This document shows positions 62,258-64,000 of a DNA stretch of 64,000 bases, piece after piece. Each line of letters begins with the position of its first letter. Within the stretch, counting starts at the first letter, position 1. The stretch is from a virus. Made by a program: the position numbers and the translations under genes. The stretch covers positions 32,001-96,000 of the IMG/VR virus record IMGVR_UViG_3300035696_000005; one strand, written 5' to 3'. Below the pieces are notes generated by a model. The model made no database searches, was not told where the DNA came from, and was given only the letters and a program-made list of their open reading frames with translations.

Positions 62258-62687
62258 CGCTCTTCTCCTTGTGCCAATCGCCTCGCCCATAGATCTGTTG
62301 AGTGATCGGAAGCTTAGAGAAGCTCCGATGAGTCTCTAGCTTAAGGTCAACAAATTCCTTGAGGCGTTCATGCCAGCGCTGAAATTCTTCCAAAGTCTTG
62401 GGTGTTCCGTCTCTGAAAAAATGAAGCTGCAGCCTCTGGTACACAGAGAGCTTCTCGCAGTGACCGTATTTCTTGATGATCGCCTCAACTGCATGAATCT
62501 GTCCCAGCCCTTCGCGGCCCACCATCGGTACGGACAGCACTTGCTTGGCCACGCCAAAGTAAGTGTCGTCTGGAGCTTCGTTGGGCACCTTGGTGATCGT
62601 GATAGAAGCACCGCCCTCAGTCTTCTCACTCGTTACATTAAACTTAGAGGGGCCACCTTTTACTGCTTCGTCTTCAATAACACACAT
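62250..62687 (-). CDS. Hypothetical protein
   Basis: SD AAGGAG. Confidence 0.6.
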   Translation of the reverse strand: MCVIEDEAVKGGPSKFNVTSEKTEGGASITITKVPNEAPDDTYFGVAKQVLSVPMVGREGLGQIHAVEAIIKKYGHCEKLSVYQRLQLHFFRDGTPKTLEEFQRWHERLKEFVDLKLETHRSFSKLPITQQIYGRGDWHKEKSDG

Positions 62688-62704
62688 AAATAAATCTCCT
62701 TCTC

Positions 62705-62744
62705 AAAACAACTACGCCCGGAGGTCATAAACCGCCGGGCGTAG
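62705..62744 (-). terminator. Intrinsic terminator downstream of tmRNA
   Basis: CTACGCCCGG/CCGGGCGTAG stem then TTGTTTT. Confidence 0.75.
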
Positions 62745-62843
62745 GATTTGCTGCGCAGCCCCCCTTTTTACGGGGTGGTACCTGCTGCTACAGCTGAAGC
62801 GCTACCGGGGCAGATCAATGCCATGTCGATAACGCATCAAAAT

Positions 62844-63271
62844 TGGTGGAGCCGCAGGGGAGCCGCCCCCCTGGTCCAAAACTCTTCGCCTCAATTCATC
62901 TACATGCTTAGCTTGTTTTGCGGTCAAGCAACCGTAATTCAGGCCCGACCTGGTTAGAGGTCGATCCACCAGCCACCAAGTTTTTTACGAGGCAAGGTAG
63001 CTATCCTCGGAGCCGATTTATTTCCACCAACCGGCATGGCAGTTTGCTGGATTCTGTTGCTAGGTCCTCAGCACCCCGACTGCTTCATTAGCTTGTGCTA
63101 ATTAGGCAGCCATACGGACTTCGCGGGCAGCGTCGCGAGCTTGGCGAGCAGCAGCGAAATCCACGTGAATGACATTGTCATTTACATTTTGATCAATTTT
63201 TAAGGAGACCACTTGATCAACCTCCGCATGCAAACCGAGCCTCTCTAGTTCTGTCGAATCTAATCGGCCCC
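62844..63271 (-). ncRNA. ssrA: tmRNA (one-piece, 428 nt)
   Basis: 5' GGGGCCG pairs with 3' CGGCTCC-ACCA including G3-U70; GATTCGAC; GCATG/CATGT helix 2; pk1 GGAG/CTCC + TTGATCAA/TTGATCAA; tag ORF 63179-63102 ending MAA-stop. Confidence 0.95.
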
Positions 63272-63279
63272 ATACAGAA

Positions 63280-63287
63280 CTTATACC
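63280..63287 (-). promoter_or_regulatory. tmRNA promoter -10 (TGTGG-TATAAG)
   Basis: TATAAG ends 8 nt before the mature 5' end. Confidence 0.6.
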
Positions 63288-63778
63288 ACAGGTTCTGTTA
63301 AATCGCACTCAGGAATGGAAGGCGGAGTCCAGACAATCCAAGTCACCTTGGGGAAGTCTAAGAGCACGCCTTTCAGTGCTGTTTCCGTATGCTCCCACGG
63401 CACGTTAAATAGCCCTGAGTTAAAGCGGTTCGAATGAATCTCAATCGGGACATCAGTATCGAGGTAGGCTTTGAAAAGATCTTTCAAAGCCAGAATCGTA
63501 TTACCGATAATCGCCGGTCGCTCATCCAAACTCTTTGCAAATCCACCTGAAGTGATCAGGCAACCTACGTTCTCCGAAGTGAGAAACGTTGTGCCAGACA
63601 CCTTTGAATCGTGGTGTTCACAATAGTCTCTGTATTCTTTGTGGGACTTAGGAAACCGCTTCCTAAATTCTACAGCAATACCTGAACCCCATACCCCGTA
63701 TGAGTTGCAGGCATGCACCAGAATACTTCCTGTAGGAGCCTCAAAAAGGCTCCCTGTTTTGTGTCTTACTTGGGTCAT
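63281..63778 (-). CDS. Macrodomain (ADP-ribose binding/hydrolase)
   Basis: GSLFEA..LVHACN..G.WGSGIA.EF..RFP..SNRFNSGLFNVPW. Confidence 0.85.
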   Translation of the reverse strand: MTQVRHKTGSLFEAPTGSILVHACNSYGVWGSGIAVEFRKRFPKSHKEYRDYCEHHDSKVSGTTFLTSENVGCLITSGGFAKSLDERPAIIGNTILALKDLFKAYLDTDVPIEIHSNRFNSGLFNVPWEHTETALKGVLLDFPKVTWIVWTPPSIPECDLTEPVV

Positions 63779-63780
63779 AA

Positions 63781-63999
63781 TTAGCTCCTTTGCGATGCAA
63801 GGCGATTGCGAATGGTCTCGAAAGTCTCGATATTACACATCCCCCCATCGTTGAAGATAGGGCGCAGCAGATCGCCAGTCACTTCACAATCCAGAGTCAT
63901 TCCGTCTTTCCAGTGAACGTGGCCTTCGGAATCCCTCCAAACAGCGACTTTGCCTTTCTGAGACTTCTTGATTCCATTGTCCGTCTTGGGATCTTTGAA
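63781..63999 (-). CDS. nadV: C-terminal 72 aa of nicotinamide phosphoribosyltransferase-family protein (runs off window)
   Basis: FKDPKTDNGIKKSQKGKVAV..DLLRPIFNDG..FETIRNRL matches the NAMPT C-terminus. Confidence 0.75.
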   Translation of the reverse strand, partial: FKDPKTDNGIKKSQKGKVAVWRDSEGHVHWKDGMTLDCEVTGDLLRPIFNDGGMCNIETFETIRNRLASQRS

Positions 64000-64000
64000 G

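Larger units (their letters stand above)
1..64000. mobile_element. Segment of a large tailed phage (myovirus) genome
   Basis: Terminase, protease, capsid, neck, sheath, tube and baseplate genes; dense short hypothetical ORFs; no host housekeeping operons. Confidence 0.95.

Noticed and set aside
63102-63308. 68-aa ORF in the track
   Set aside because: It is the tmRNA 5' domain read in frame with the tag; only 63179-63102 is likely translated, by trans-translation.
1-64000. Integrase, introns/inteins, reverse transcriptase/DGR, phage RNA polymerase, rRNA
   Set aside because: No diagnostic motifs seen; terL and pol appear uninterrupted.

Overview
This is a 64-kb internal segment of a large contractile-tailed dsDNA phage (myovirus) using the standard genetic code; no host housekeeping genes are present. 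Two + strand virion blocks (300-8564 and 19575-38952) encode a baseplate spike, large terminase, prohead protease, scaffold/core proteins, major capsid, neck, tail terminator, sheath and tube. They are interleaved with - strand early/accessory blocks (8546-19507 and 38921-64000) encoding a family-A DNA polymerase, SSB, PD-(D/E)XK nucleases, YhaM-like and DEDDh exonucleases, TerC, a vWA protein, an M15 endolysin, a macrodomain, the 3' end of a NAMPT-like gene, and a complete tmRNA. No portal or tape measure gene could be identified. The main observation is that 13 otherwise unrelated late genes start with the same peptide, F-x-x-G-F-x-K-x-A. Its last five residues (hydrophobic-x-K-x-A) recur throughout the protease, scaffold/core and capsid proteins. 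I infer a capsid-targeting leader removed by the prohead protease, loading an ATP-dependent DNA ligase, a protein kinase, a permuted NlpC/P60 hydrolase and several Gly-zipper peptides into the head. Other notable items are an Apyc1-like metallo-beta-lactamase lacking its metal ligands, a tmRNA with a long tag and atypical T-arm next to a NAMPT/macrodomain pair, a repeated promoter/operator motif and a nested 20-aa Lys-rich micropeptide. All functional calls come from motifs read by eye; no database search was run, so novelty is unverified.
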